Shown one piece after another: positions 35,940 to 48,622 of a stretch of 64,000 bases of DNA. The translations under genes were made by a program, and so were the position numbers. Source of the stretch: Takakia lepidozioides (Eukaryota > Plantae > Bryophyta); the NCBI GenBank assembly GCA_030704615.1, contig CM060733.1, positions 46,934,001 through 46,998,000 of the forward strand. Reading direction: 5' to 3'. The first letter of the stretch is position 1; every line of letters starts with the position of its first letter. The notes beneath the pieces are model-generated. The model searched no databases and was not told where the DNA came from. It was given only the letters and a program-made list of their open reading frames with translations.

Positions 35940-38727
35940 CAAACATCCCCACGACGCGTGAGCCCTTTGTTCCTTTTGATTGTTGTGGGGGAAAGACAAG
36001 GTGCTGAGTCTCTTGCAACGTGTGATTCTCAACATATCTCTCAAACAAAACATGTTCACTCTCCTCTCCCTCTTATTTTTGTCAAGAGTCAAAGCCACAC
36101 ACCTCAACAATACCATCACCGCACACACGACAAAACCTGATCAATTTTTTTTCAAATTTTACACTCAACCCAACCTAGTATTTTCTAAAAATACTTCAAT
36201 CTTTTTTTATCTTTACTCAATATAACTTGGAGAACAGGGTTTCACTTACAGATGAGGTTTTGCCACATGGAGAGGATGGCATGCATGCGGTGATTAGAGG
36301 GCCGGTTAAAGGCTGGTAGGCCAGCGGACCATGGGAATTCTTTATCCCATATCGTTTTCACGTATAACCCCTCCCATGCCCGCCGATAAAAGCCAGCCAG
36401 CCCCGCCTGGATATTCGTGCGGGACAGCCTCGGCCCGATCCTCCGCCCCGTGCGTTGACTGCCGCTGCGTTTCTTCCCTCCACCACTCCCCGTCCGCCAC
36501 GTCCCCCACCGACGCCGGGCACGCGTTGGGTGCAATGCAAGTAAAGCCCCATCATGGTGGATGGTGGATGCCCACATCCATCCATCCATCCATGCCCGGC
36601 CGTTACTACATCTCAAGGACGACTCGGTACTCCCTCCCATCCCATTTCCTTACTCCTCCTCTAATTTCCTTTAATTTCTTGTAATTTCCTGTAATTTCCT
36701 TGGGAGGGAGTGAGGAGTTAGGTCAGAGAAGAGAGGGGTGTGGGGGCACGTGCCTTGAAACCAGGTCTCTCGTGGGGCGTGTGCCACCCCCCCACTTTTG
36801 CTTCTTTCTTTAATGTTTTCTTCACTCCCTGCAATCACTCACTCAACCTTCATGTACCCATGTGCATCCCACCATGTACCCATGCATGTATGCAGCTAGG
36901 GTGGATCCAGTGCAGTAAATAGAGTGCTGTTGCAGAAGTGAATAATTACTTAAGTATCTCAAATTGCAGATGAGGTGGCACGGAAGTGATTAACTGGAAA
37001 AAAAAAATCAATCCGATGACAAAATAGGTTGTATCTGGGGGAACCGTACTGTGGTAAGTGGATGGATGTGGTGGAGCATTAAATGTAAGTACCGTGGTAA
37101 GAAACTGGGGCCCCCCGGCAGAGTGAAAACAGAGTTGTTACCAGGGAGAGAATTCCAGCTAGGCAGCAGAGGCAGGCTTAGGTCTGGCACGTTGCGGGCC
37201 GAGGCTGGATAAGATGCTGCCATGCTGCCCCGCTTTTGCCCAATCCTGCCCGCCCGCTCCAATCCACGGCTGCGGACCCTACCCAGGTTTTTCGGTCTGC
37301 CCGCGCCTGCCATACATGTGGGATTGTCCTATGCGAGTCGTGCATGCGCGTCGGCCCTCATGTGCCCGCCCCCCCGATTCCTCGGACTCCCTACCCACCC
37401 ATCCCCCCGCTCGCCACGCAGCCAGATCGGTAAAGCACCTGCCACAGAGAAGAGATTCCAGGACGGGAAGTTACGTTACCATACTGCGGAATGTTGGTAT
37501 CGGGGTTTGAACGCGGCGCCACTTTTCGTGCGGAAAATGTAAGACGAGGCCCATGTGGGGCATGGCCCCGGCCACGCTGCATCCATGGCTGGCTGCCCGC
37601 GCGGGCAGGCAGGGGCGGGCAGCAGCCCTGCCTTGGCTTGCCTGCCTCTGTGTGCTTGTGTAGGTTGAGTCTGTCTGTCTGTGTTCATTGGAGAGCAGTG
37701 GTTGTTTGTAGTTGGTCGGCAATTCATTGAAGGGGATTGTGGAGGATTCAGAAGTGGTGTAGGTTTTGTGGAGTTAGCTCTTCGCTGGGGTACTCATCTG
37801 CGTTCTGTTTCTCGTACAATCTGATATGCTAGTTGCGCTGTTTTTTCCTGCCTCATTCATGCGTTTGTGATATCGTTTCTTCCTATCTCGTTCGAGTAGG
37901 TTCCCCCGCCGCACTTGCCTTTTTCTCCTCCGGGGAATCACGCTTGTCTGTGATTTGCTTGTCTAGGGACTGGTATTTCTGTTTCTCAACATTGACTTTA
38001 TACATTTTCGTTGGCTCTCTCTGTCTATCGTTGGCTCTCTCGAGCAGCTTGTCTTTCTCTGGCAGATTTAATCTTGTGCTTGTATCTGCTTGCTGGTCTT
38101 TCTCTTGCCAAATCCGTCTTTTGTCGTCGTCTCTGAGATGCTATGTCCCTTGATCTTCACCTTTTTCTCTAGGCTTCCTCCTCCCTTGCTGTTTCTTTGC
38201 GGGGTCAGTATGGTTGCCGGTCCCGGTGCACCTTTCTGGGAGTTGCAATGCCTGAATTTGTCGGAGCACGGTTTGGGGTGGGACTGTCTACCCCAACTCA
38301 CATCTTGAGCTTTGCCCGCGGTTTTTCTCTACCTTATTCCTCCCTGCTCGTCTGATCTCGTGGTTTCTGATTTGTGCAATGGACTTGAGCGCTGCCCGAT
38401 CATGTGCGCAGTGGCACGGGTAGTGGCTAGTGCTTATGGATGTTTCTAGCAGAAACTTGAAAGGCTTCTTCTGGATGTTGGAGCTCCACATTTAGCAGCT
38501 GTTGCACGGTCTCCGTCAAACGTACTTCTTTCTCATCCCTCCTTAGTTTGGCTCCACCCCAAGCATCCTCCAAGGCAGGATCATTCAGGCGGTATCCTGT
38601 AGAGGACCAACACTAATGAAAGAAAACAGGGCTGGCCCGGCCCTGATGAAAGAGAGACTGGGGGCATGGTGTCGGGGAGTTTGTCACAGGCCAGAGTGAG
38701 GGCGGTGCCTCCATAGTGCCTTTGCTC

Positions 38728-41700
38728 ATGGAGAGAGGCCGCGAGGGTCGGCGTGGAGGTGCAGGGGGAGGCCCAGTCTCTGCACCTCGCCGGCCGCGAA
38801 CCAGTGGATTTAAAGATGCTGCAGGTGTGACTTTGTAAATTGACTCCTGTTGCATCTTATTCTACATCTTGGGATCAATTGTCGCTTGCAATCGTCCAAG
38901 TTTCTGGGAGAGAGACCATTTCTGTATAAGTAGGTGGGCGTTTTTACAATGAACAATGCTGCGTTTGGATCTTCAGATCAGAGAAATTTTTGTCTGAATG
39001 ATAGTATGTAGAGAAAGGATTCTCTTTCTGTAAGTTAATCCATCAAGTTCTAGATACGGCGACATTCAGTAGGGCCTTGATGCAAATCCGCCACCATGAG
39101 AGCGCCTATCGACTCCTTAATTCGATGAAATCTTCTTGTTGCTGGAGGAAGTGTCCGCAAGGTTTGTATTTGATGGGGATATCTTCTCCCTAATGGTGAT
39201 TGGCGGACACTACAGTGGACGGGTCAGTTGGAGACGCTTCTTGTAAATGACTGACTGATCACGTCCGTAAGGAGTTCAAATAACTGATTCCAGCACGGGT
39301 GCTTTGAAAGGATTCTCACAAGCAAGGCTGACATACGGGGTGGCAAAATGCAAAAGAGAACAATGGCATTGTCACGGTCTATCAGCACCATCTGTGCATA
39401 TAGTCAACCCTTCTCTCCTGTGCTTCAGTTGGTATGTGAACAAGTACAACATGACAAGTACACCTGTAGTGGCGCTGTTCTTGGGAGGTATTGTGTCCTT
39501 AGGACTTGGCTTACTGATTGGGTGTGGCACTGCTCTCGCAGTTGGGGAAGACGTTGACGACCTGGACGATGTACACAACCAGAGACTCCGTGAAAGGCCT
39601 AAGAAGGATAGTAGCATCGTCTCGGGACAAGGCGTGGTCCCTAGCACTGTTATTTCTATTTCTCGCAACAAGAGAAAGCGACAGGGATCTCAGGAAGTGC
39701 AGGTGCAAGCTCGTGGTAGCCCTGCGGATGACTTGGAAGAAACAACCGAGGATACGGAAATGGGTATTTCTGAAGATGACGACGATCCCCCGCCACCGCC
39801 CATCCCACGACGGCCTGGGAAACCAAGGCCACAGGGGAAGGTCAGTCCCCATGTGAACTCATTGGCGATAAGACTGACTGCTTTCATCCCAGCTTCAACA
39901 GTTGTTCTGACTCTTGCTGTGGGCGCGGTTGGACAGTTTATGGAGGATGGCATTGCTATTGATCTCCCAGCTGTGCCTAGGAAGGCTCGGACAGGTGTGT
40001 GTGTGGCATCCTGATAGCTTCGCTTTTGAAAGTTACGAGGAGTCGAGCAATTTGCTTAGGAGGGGTGGACGGTAAGAGATGGGGGGGAAAATGTCAATGA
40101 AAGTGCAAAGTAGAAGTGGTGCTAATGCTGATGGTCTAAGCTGTCCAGCTGGGGGGAGTCTGGAGAAAATGGGAAGTGAAGGGTCATATTTATCTCCTGA
40201 CTATGTCTAAAAGCCTGGTGACTTTGCAGCATTGAAGCGGCCCCAAGAATCTCCCCCATCACCAATTGTGGAGACTCCTCTGCAAGGCCCGACTGTGGTG
40301 CCTTCGACTCCGGCACCCTCCAGCACACCCTCATCTTCCTCTATTGCATCAGTAAAACCTGGAAGAAGAACGGTCAGTTGTTGTACATTCTGATATTTCT
40401 GTGAGTTACTTAAAAGCCCTTCACTTTCATTGCACAGTATAAATGATACTGAATTCAAGGTGTTGACAACTGTTGCAGAAGCTAAGCGGGTCAAAGCCTC
40501 GGGCCCCCAAGTTGCCAAAGGTAATCAACGGAACAAGTGGAACTCAAAAATGTTAATTGTCTAACAATTCTTGCAGCAATTTTGTATGACATCCCCACTA
40601 CCCCTTATCTACTTCATTCTTCTGTTGGCACAACGGCTTGAGGACAAGCAAATCTTTTTAGGTGATAGTGCTGATGTGCTTAGGAAATATCCATGATATT
40701 CGAGTATGCCAGGTGCTCTTAAGTTTGTGGATGCTGATGCGGGCTTTGAGTGCCTTAGGGATCTACTAAAATAAGGGGAGAGGCTTTCCCACAAGCGTGA
40801 GGATTGCTGATTAGCTTAGGAATGGGCCCCAGCCTCCAGGGGCCATTCAGATCAATTTGGATAGGCTAAGGATGGTGGAACTGTGGCGACAATGGCAGGT
40901 CTCCACCCCCGCTCTGATATCAGAGCAAGAGGTGGAAGTGGCAGAGGCCTTGTTTGATTTGGCAAGAATGTGGACCAATCAGCCTTCTCCATCGGCACCA
41001 GAGTCCAAAGTGGAGTCCCATCCTGAAGCCAAGGCTGACCTGAAGCCAGACCTGAAGCCAGACCCAAAAGTATTAGCAGCGGGGACTACCACCTCTGCCC
41101 CAGTACATACTTCCAATGCAAACTGTGCTGTTGGACCCATGCCTATGTCTACATCTGTATCTACATCTGTGTCTATGGCGGGGTCTGTGCTGCCAGCTTC
41201 ACCTGCATGTGCGCCTGCTGTGGCTTCATCCCCTGTGCTCTCTGCATCCCCTCCACCTGCTTCAGCTCCACCCCCAGCAGAAGGTGTACCTCTCGCCAGG
41301 GACTGTCTTGCTCATTTTGGCGCTATGTGGAAATATTTCACTTGTCCACGTCCAGTTGTGTCTAGACCTGAGAGTTGTCAGGTCTGTAACCCACGAATTT
41401 GTATCAGGCTTTCTGCGAGGGGTTATGGGCCTGTCAACTCTGTGCCAGACACGTCGTTTCAAGTGACTGTATGCAGATGGGGGATGGACTCCTGTCAATA
41501 TTTTCTCGACTTTGTGTCGGATATAGGATACTGCCACAATATTAGGGTCAGTGTCCTCACCTTATATTGTTAATCTTGTAATGGCAGCCCCAAAGAGAAA
41601 ACGACCTCGGGTGAGAACCCGACCAGAGGAAGTGCGACCGAGTGCAAGCATGGTTGGTGCATCACCAAGTGTTTCTGGGATAATTCCTCCTCAATCTAGA

Positions 41701-44700
41701 GAGGCTGATCACAGTGCAAACCGCCCCTCAGGCACAGAGAGGGGTCCTGTGAAAATTGAGGCAAGTTCTGCACCAGGGCCTGATGTTTCAGATCTCCCTC
41801 TGGGTGTACCTAATGCAGCACCTGCCATCGTTGCCTCCACTCCATCAGGGATGATGACATCACCGCGACACAACAGTTCCCTCGAGAAAAAATCACCTAG
41901 TTCTGAGAAGAAGGCTGCCAGGGCAGAGGTGGCGAGTTCCCTTTCTGTAGAAAAGAAGCCCAGCCCTGCACCTTCAGACAGAAATTTAGTGCCCAGTCTA
42001 CCAGGGCCACTTGTTGGCAGTCGGGAGGCGGAAATCGTGGCCAGCAACAATTGTCCAAGTGACTCACTAACAAAGTTGGAACTTGGGAAAAGGTACCTTA
42101 TCCTAGACTTTCTGTGAATGCATACTCGCTGCTTGATTGATGCCCATGTTGTCTGTGTTAGGAATATGTGCTGTTGCATGCTATGTTTCAACGAGCAGCA
42201 TCCTCTGCTGGTCCTGGGCAACTAACAGTTGACAACCTGTATTTCAGATCCTCCCAGCCAGCCCCTCCGAGTGATTCCGTTGGCGGCAACAAGCTTGATA
42301 TTAACTTGATGGTGAGTTGCATTGTAAAACTCAACTACTGTTGCTTTGATGTGCCCCTTTCCTCAGTGCTTCAGTTGACTAAGTGTCATTTGCTATTTCC
42401 AGGCTCCTCCCTCAAAGGTGGCATCAGTTTCCACTGGAGACAGGAATGGTGATGTTTCTGGAGCTTCAGTCCGAGATGTGCAGGAAAAGCCACTTGTAAG
42501 CCCAAGATGCCTCACACTCTGGTTATATGCTAGGTTACTTGTGCATTGTGATTTGTGATTTGGCTTTTTGGGGTGTCTTAAATTTGACAAATATGTCTGA
42601 CTTTTGTGCAGGTGGATATGGTCAGTATGCCTACAGCTGGAAGCGTGTGGATGGAAAGAGAGAAGGAGCGGGAGAGAGAAAGAGGAAGGGAGGAGAGAGA
42701 GGCCGAGAAAGAGAAAGAGAGAGAAAAGGACAAAGAGAGGGATCGAGAGCTGCATGAGGGGGAAAGGGAGAGAGAAAGGCAGAGGGAAAGAGATAATCAG
42801 AAAGAGCTGGCAAAAGAAAGGGAAAGTGAGAAGGAAAGAGAGAGAGTGGACATGAGTAAACCACCTCTGCAGAGGGCAAGCAAGGGTGTCAAGGCAGATT
42901 CAAGGACACAAAAAGCAGAGAGAGTTGGTAGGTTTTGTTTTGCCAGCAATGCATGGTTTTGATGTTCATTGGTGAATAATCTATGGCGGAGTTATTTCCT
43001 TTATAGGGATGATGGCTTGTGCATTTGAAAGTGCTGTATTTGCATTTTGGTGCCTTTGTCTTGTCGAGGGTAATTTTCAGTGACTCCTGGTTGCTCTTGT
43101 GCAGCCACTGCTGCAGGAGCTTCAGCTGCACCATCGTTTTTGGCTTCAGCACTCCCGGTTGCAGCAAGTGCTACCAGTAGTGGGACTGGCAATGTAGCTG
43201 CTCTTCCCCCATCTATGGGAATGCCTAGTTGGCCAGGAGGAATGCAATCGATAGGGTAAGTTTCGACCTGTGATCTGAGTTATACTGCAGCATGCTTAGT
43301 TGCTGTTGTCATTTGTTTTCAGCTTCTATGCATGCCTTGTCTCCTAAATACAAGTGGCTGACAGCCATGTATGGATTGCTCAGGTACTATCCGGCAGCAG
43401 CCGCCGCCGCCGCTGCCGCCGCCGCCGCCGCAGCTGCTTGGCCTGCAGGAATGACTGGTGCTTCACCTGGAGATGAGAATATTCCCCCAGTGCAGGTAAT
43501 TAGTGCACTTTCCTCTTTGCTCCTCTGAAGTTGGTGCTGGAGATGGGCCTCATTACATTTTCTGACACAGGCTAGGGTAATGGCCCATTGACTCTTTTTC
43601 TCCGATGAAATCTTCAGGATTTGTAGTTCTCAACAGCCAATAGGTGGCCCAGTGGTTACCTTGTAAGTGGTAGTGCGTTCTAAGTGACAGAGGTTTATAT
43701 TGGATGCCACCCAGTATTCCCACTATAAAAGGGGGTTCACTGGGTCACATAAGGCAGTACGCTTCTGGGATGAAGAGACACTATAACTCATGTTTCCTCA
43801 CCCATTTTTTCTGGGTAACCTATTCTTTTCCTTCATTGTACACTTTGTTTATAGTGGGTTTGCATGGGCTAGGGTGAGGAAGGACTACCTGATTGTGGTC
43901 GTATCAGGATTCCGGAGGCTTATCATGGTATGCACAGCTGTGAGCACGTGACAATAATTATTTGTTGATGCAGCTGCCTTCATATGTGATGCCGCCACGT
44001 GAGTCATTGAAGCGGTGTGCACAACATGTCTACATTGCACATTTTATTGGCAGAGAGCAACAGAGGAATTGCCATCAATTTTTTGCTGCTGGGTTTGGGA
44101 GTTCCGGTGGTTTATTTGGAGCGAAGCCCTACAATTTGAACATGCCCCTGCCCCCTGCTGAGGCTGTGTTTGGAAGTGGTGCTGGGGGTCCTCAAGGGGG
44201 TGGTGTGACTGGCCCTCCTGCTACCAGCTCTTCCACAAATGGATCTGGACGTGGAGTTGGTGATCGCAGCCTAGGTGCTGCCAGCACACAGGGAACCAAG
44301 GATAGGGTCCCAGCTTACATGGATGTCATGAATCGAAAGCCACCTCCACAACAGCAACAGCCAGCATCGCAGCATCAACCAAATCTTTCTTTACAGGTAT
44401 ACATTTGCAGTGTCTTTTTCGTTATCATATGAAGAGTCTGTTGTTCTCTTCCAGTGACTGTGCAGGAGGAAGTTTTCAGGTTGATTTGAGGGTTGCCCAA
44501 AGGCTGCAGAGGGAACACAGCCGGTACTTTTCACAAGCAAAGAAGTTCTGGAGATAGCTACTAGTCATTCCTTTTCAGAAAATGTAGTTTTTGATGAGTT
44601 ACAGGCCCTTCACATGCAGGCTGGACCAGCATTTGGGTTTCCTGTGACACAGGCTGGCACGGCTGCAATGGGTAGTGGTGGGGCTGGAGCAGTGAATGGT

Positions 44701-46099
44701 GTAGCTGGTGGGATGAGCCTGGGGCAACAAACTGGAACTGCATTGCTAGGAGGCAGTGCAGGGACTGGAACCAGTTCAGCCATGGTAGGGGGCCCTGGCT
44801 CTGTGGTTGGGGCCGGTGCTGGAGCCAGCAATGGAGTCCTGGCAAGTGCTGCTGCTGCACAGGCCCATTACATGCAAGCAGTGATGCAATCACAAGCCTT
44901 TCCGTTTCAGTATGCACCACCCCACTTTGGCCCGCCTACTTACAATGGTCCTCCAACACACATGGGAGCCCAGCAGGTCAGAAAGCTTGGATTTGTTTCG
45001 AACTAGTTTCACCTTTATGCAGCTGGTCTAGAGGATGTGCTTGTAGATTGTTTTGCAAAAGCTTCTATGTGTGTAAGTAATAAACTCAGTGAAACCAATG
45101 GTATAAAGAGGAAGACTTCCAGGGGAATAACTTTTGGTGTTCTCTGCATGCTACTTGCAGTTTTTTACCACTGGCGGTCCCTACTTCACACATCATCTGG
45201 TGTCCCATCCTCAACAACAGCCTGGCCAGCAAACATCAAATGTTGCTAGTGGTGGACCTGCACCTCCACAAAAGCAACAGCAGCAGCAGGGGATTCGCAG
45301 CTTTCCCCCTACTGGATCCGTGCAGCAGCAGCAACCCCCACCACAATCTCCATCCCATTCTCAGCAGCAGCATGCCTCTTCGCAGATGCAACATCAGTCT
45401 GATAGGGATGGCCCTGCTACAGGTGACAATGGTTCAACTGCTGACAGCAAGTTTCCCATGTTGCACAGAGCTCTGTATACGCAGACTCCCAACAATGGGG
45501 TTCCAAATGCAAGTCCCCCATCCTCTTCAATGCTTGTGGCAGGCGCGCAAACGGACTACAATCTAATGGCTGCTTTGGGGAAACAAGTAAAGCAGCGGGA
45601 TCAGCAGCAACAACCATCTGGGCAGTTTCAACAACAACAACAGAATAATCTGTCACAGTTGCAGCAGCACCAGCAACAACTTCAACAGCAGCAGATTGCT
45701 GCACAACATCATGTGAGTGGATCTGCATTGCAAATGAGTCTGAAAGGCCTTGATCCTCAGGCCTCCCAGGCGTTTTCTGCCATGACAATTGCAGCTATGA
45801 ACAGAGGCTCAGTTGGTCCTGGACCCTTGGGGCTAGCTCCAGTTGCTGCTGTAATGGCACCTCAAGGTCATGCCATGCTGCAGAGCATGGGGGATTCAAG
45901 GCCACATACTTCTCACCCTTTGCACCACCAGTCGAGTGCAGGTTCTCCGCACCCCAATCATGTGCAGCAAATGCAGCAACAGCAGCAGCTGCACCAGCTC
46001 CAACAACATCAGCAGCAACAACAACAACAACAACAACATCAGCAGCAGCAACAACAACAACAACATCACCAGCAGCAGCAACAACAACAACAACAACAA

Positions 46100-46130
<31 letters not shown>

Positions 46131-48622
46131 GAACTGCACAAATGCAAAGGGGGCCTTCCACTGGAATGGAGGATGGGCGCCCTACAGTTGACAGCACTAA
46201 TTATTCCAACAACAGTGGTCGTGGGCGAGATCGAGAGTTGGGGGAGGATCGAAAGGCAAGTGCAAAGCGAGCAACTGGGTCATCCTCCCCTTTATCGAGA
46301 GCTGATCTGGATTCCTCCCCAACCATGCAGACTTCACCAACAGGGGGTGGTGGCGGCATCCCTGCGTCTCGCAATGTGGGGCCAACATTGAACCTAATGG
46401 CTGCCACAAATGCACCTGTGTCCTCACGTCAAAGTGGTCATCCTACTCCTGTGAGTGCACCACCTCCGGTCCAACAGGCATCTCAGTCTCCAAAGCAGGT
46501 AGTGGCACGCACGAAAGGACTGTCAGGCTCAAATATGGCAACCTCAGCGGCCTCAAATCAGTCATCTTTGTCTGCATTTGCAGACCGTGGTAACCTTCCA
46601 GCAACATCATTGTCTGGCAAAGTTACTGGGTTGTCAATATCAGGGCAGAGTGCTATACCCACCAGCCAAGGTGTTAGGCAAGGTCAGGTGCCTCAGCATT
46701 CACCATTGAAGCTTTCACAAAGGACATCATTGGGACCAATGGCCACCGCTCAGGGAACTGCACCGCAAGCAGTGCTTGCTGCTGCCATGGCTAAGGTCCA
46801 AAATCAGCAAGGACAGCAGCAACAGTCTCGCCTGCAGCAAGGAACTTCTAACACAGGTTCAGCAACCCGCATGTCCTCTTCCAGTGCAGGTTCCCCTTCT
46901 TCAGGTCCCATTCCATTACCACCCCTCCTTCCAGTGACCAAGTCTTCAGGGTCGGGTACACCAAAATCGGGTGCTTCTGCCAAGGGGTCCTTCTCACAAA
47001 AATCGTCAGGGACTAATGCAGGCAAGAGATCCTCCTCACCAGCTGTTCCACAACATGTCTCCTCCATCCTAGGTCCAAGTCCTTTAGCCCCAAACATGTC
47101 CACAAAAGCATCTCAGCAGCAGCCACAGGCCCAGAACCACCAAATGCAGCCACAGCAGCAACAGGCTTCCCAGCAGGTGTCAGTACAGCAGCAGCAGCAC
47201 AAGCAGGCACTGGCCCCACCACAGCACATGCGACAACAGCTCTTTCATCAACAGCAGCAGCAGTTGCAGCTCTTTCAACAACCGCAGCAGCAACAGTTAC
47301 ACTCGCAGTCTCAGCAAGCAGGGCCTGTGCTGCATCCACCATCTTCGCAACAACAGCCGCCCCCTTCCCCTTCACAGCCTCAGCAGCAGCAGCATTCCAC
47401 TCACCAACAGCAGGCACTGCAGCATTTGGATCAGCAGCCATCCTCATCACCATACTCGAGCAGTGTTGGGTGCACCGGTTTGTCAATGGGGCCAACTACT
47501 CTGACACTTGGTACAGGAAATAATGGAAGCGTTTCTGGTCGAAGCACTGTTTCGGACACCATTGGAGGATCCCAAAATGCAAATGCCAGGCCATCTCAAT
47601 CTTCAAAATTGTCAGCAAGTGTAGGCATGCCTATGTCAGGGTCAGGGTCTCAGAGGGTCAACAATACGGGCCCTACCTTTTTACAATCTCCGTATGGTTC
47701 ATCCCCATCTTCTGGTCAACAGCAATCCAGTAGTCCTCGCAACAGCAATGCTGCTTCACCGTACTTGCAGTCTGGAGGAAGATCAAGCGACTTGAAGTCT
47801 ATTCCTGGTTAGTATCCTGAATTACAGGAGTAGGTGCAGTGTTTCCTCGTCTTGGCCATCCCATCTTGGATCTCATGGCTGATGTTGCGACATCACTCTG
47901 TCATCCAGTGGCTGTCAGTCTGTTTGCTGCACATATCAGAGGATTACTATCCATCTTTGTAGGACTACATAAATGTGCCTAGTCTCCCGAAGTTGTGTGT
48001 TCTTGTCAGAAATGTAGAGTAGAGCATTACCTACCTGGCTTCTTAGTGAAGGTCAATTCCTCCTCTGTTATTTTTATCTCTGTGACAATTCTTAGCAGTT
48101 GATGGCTCTGTGAGGTGCATGAGATTTTGATGTGGAGAATTGGAGGGACCTGTTTTGGCAGATGGAAACAGTCAAGAACAGCTGAATGGCATGCGAGGAG
48201 GACAAGGTTCATCGCCTGCAAGAGTACCTCCTTCTCTTGCTTCTTCTCCATCCCAGCAGCCTCACTCGCAACGTCCCCAGGCAATCACCCCACCCTCCAG
48301 TAAACCAAGTGGCGGACAGTTTACTGGAAGCAATTATGGAGACATACCTCCTCGGGGCAGCCTGATGCTATCTGTGTCTTCTGCTGCATCAACCAACAAC
48401 TCATCAAATGGCCAAGCCAATAGCAGTGCAAATGTACACATTGGAGCAGATGGTCGAACTGCATTGTTTGTTGGAACTTCGGCAGCCATGCATCAGGTGG
48501 CATTGAATCCAAATCAATTGCACACACCGTCCTCACTGTCAATGGTGGCTGCTAATGTTACTCCAAGCGGACCATCGGCATTGCTTGCCCAGCAGCCATC
48601 GACAAGTGTTGTGCATCCGTAG
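38728..48622 (+). CDS. TIC: TIME FOR COFFEE-like nuclear protein, 16 exons, with low-complexity Q/S/A/RE regions
   Basis: Exons 38728-38824, 39542-39840, 39937-39994, 40230-40372, 40479-40520, 40899-41283, 41588-42092, 42248-42311, 42403-42495, 42612-42927, 43105-43255, 43384-43495, 43974-44396, 44620-44976, 45161-47807, 48162-48622. TIC-family blocks appear in order: MERGREGRR, VPRKART, EVEVAEALFDLAR, APKRKRPR, KLDINLMAPP, WPGG, KRCAQHVYIA. Confidence 0.88.
43641..43787 (+). mobile_element. tRNA-headed SINE-like element, copy 2 (decayed, intronic)
   Basis: A box TGGCCCAGTGG (43645-43655). TTGGATG(C/T)CA is shared with copy 1. The tail AAGGCAGTA...GAAGAGACACTATAAC lies at 43751-43787. Confidence 0.5.
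45965..46129 (+). repeat. Coding CAG/CAA microsatellite (polyglutamine)
   Basis: Q/H tract with an uninterrupted 20-Gln run at 46070-46129. Confidence 0.95.

Noticed and set aside
37045-37489. Possible MITE bounded by CCGTACTGTGGTAAGT and ACGTTACCATACTGCGG
   Set aside because: The terminal match is weak and no TSD was found.
45795-46391. Poly-Leu, poly-Val/Ala and poly-Asn/Ser ORFs
   Set aside because: Alternative-frame and antisense readings of the CAG/CAA polyQ tract.
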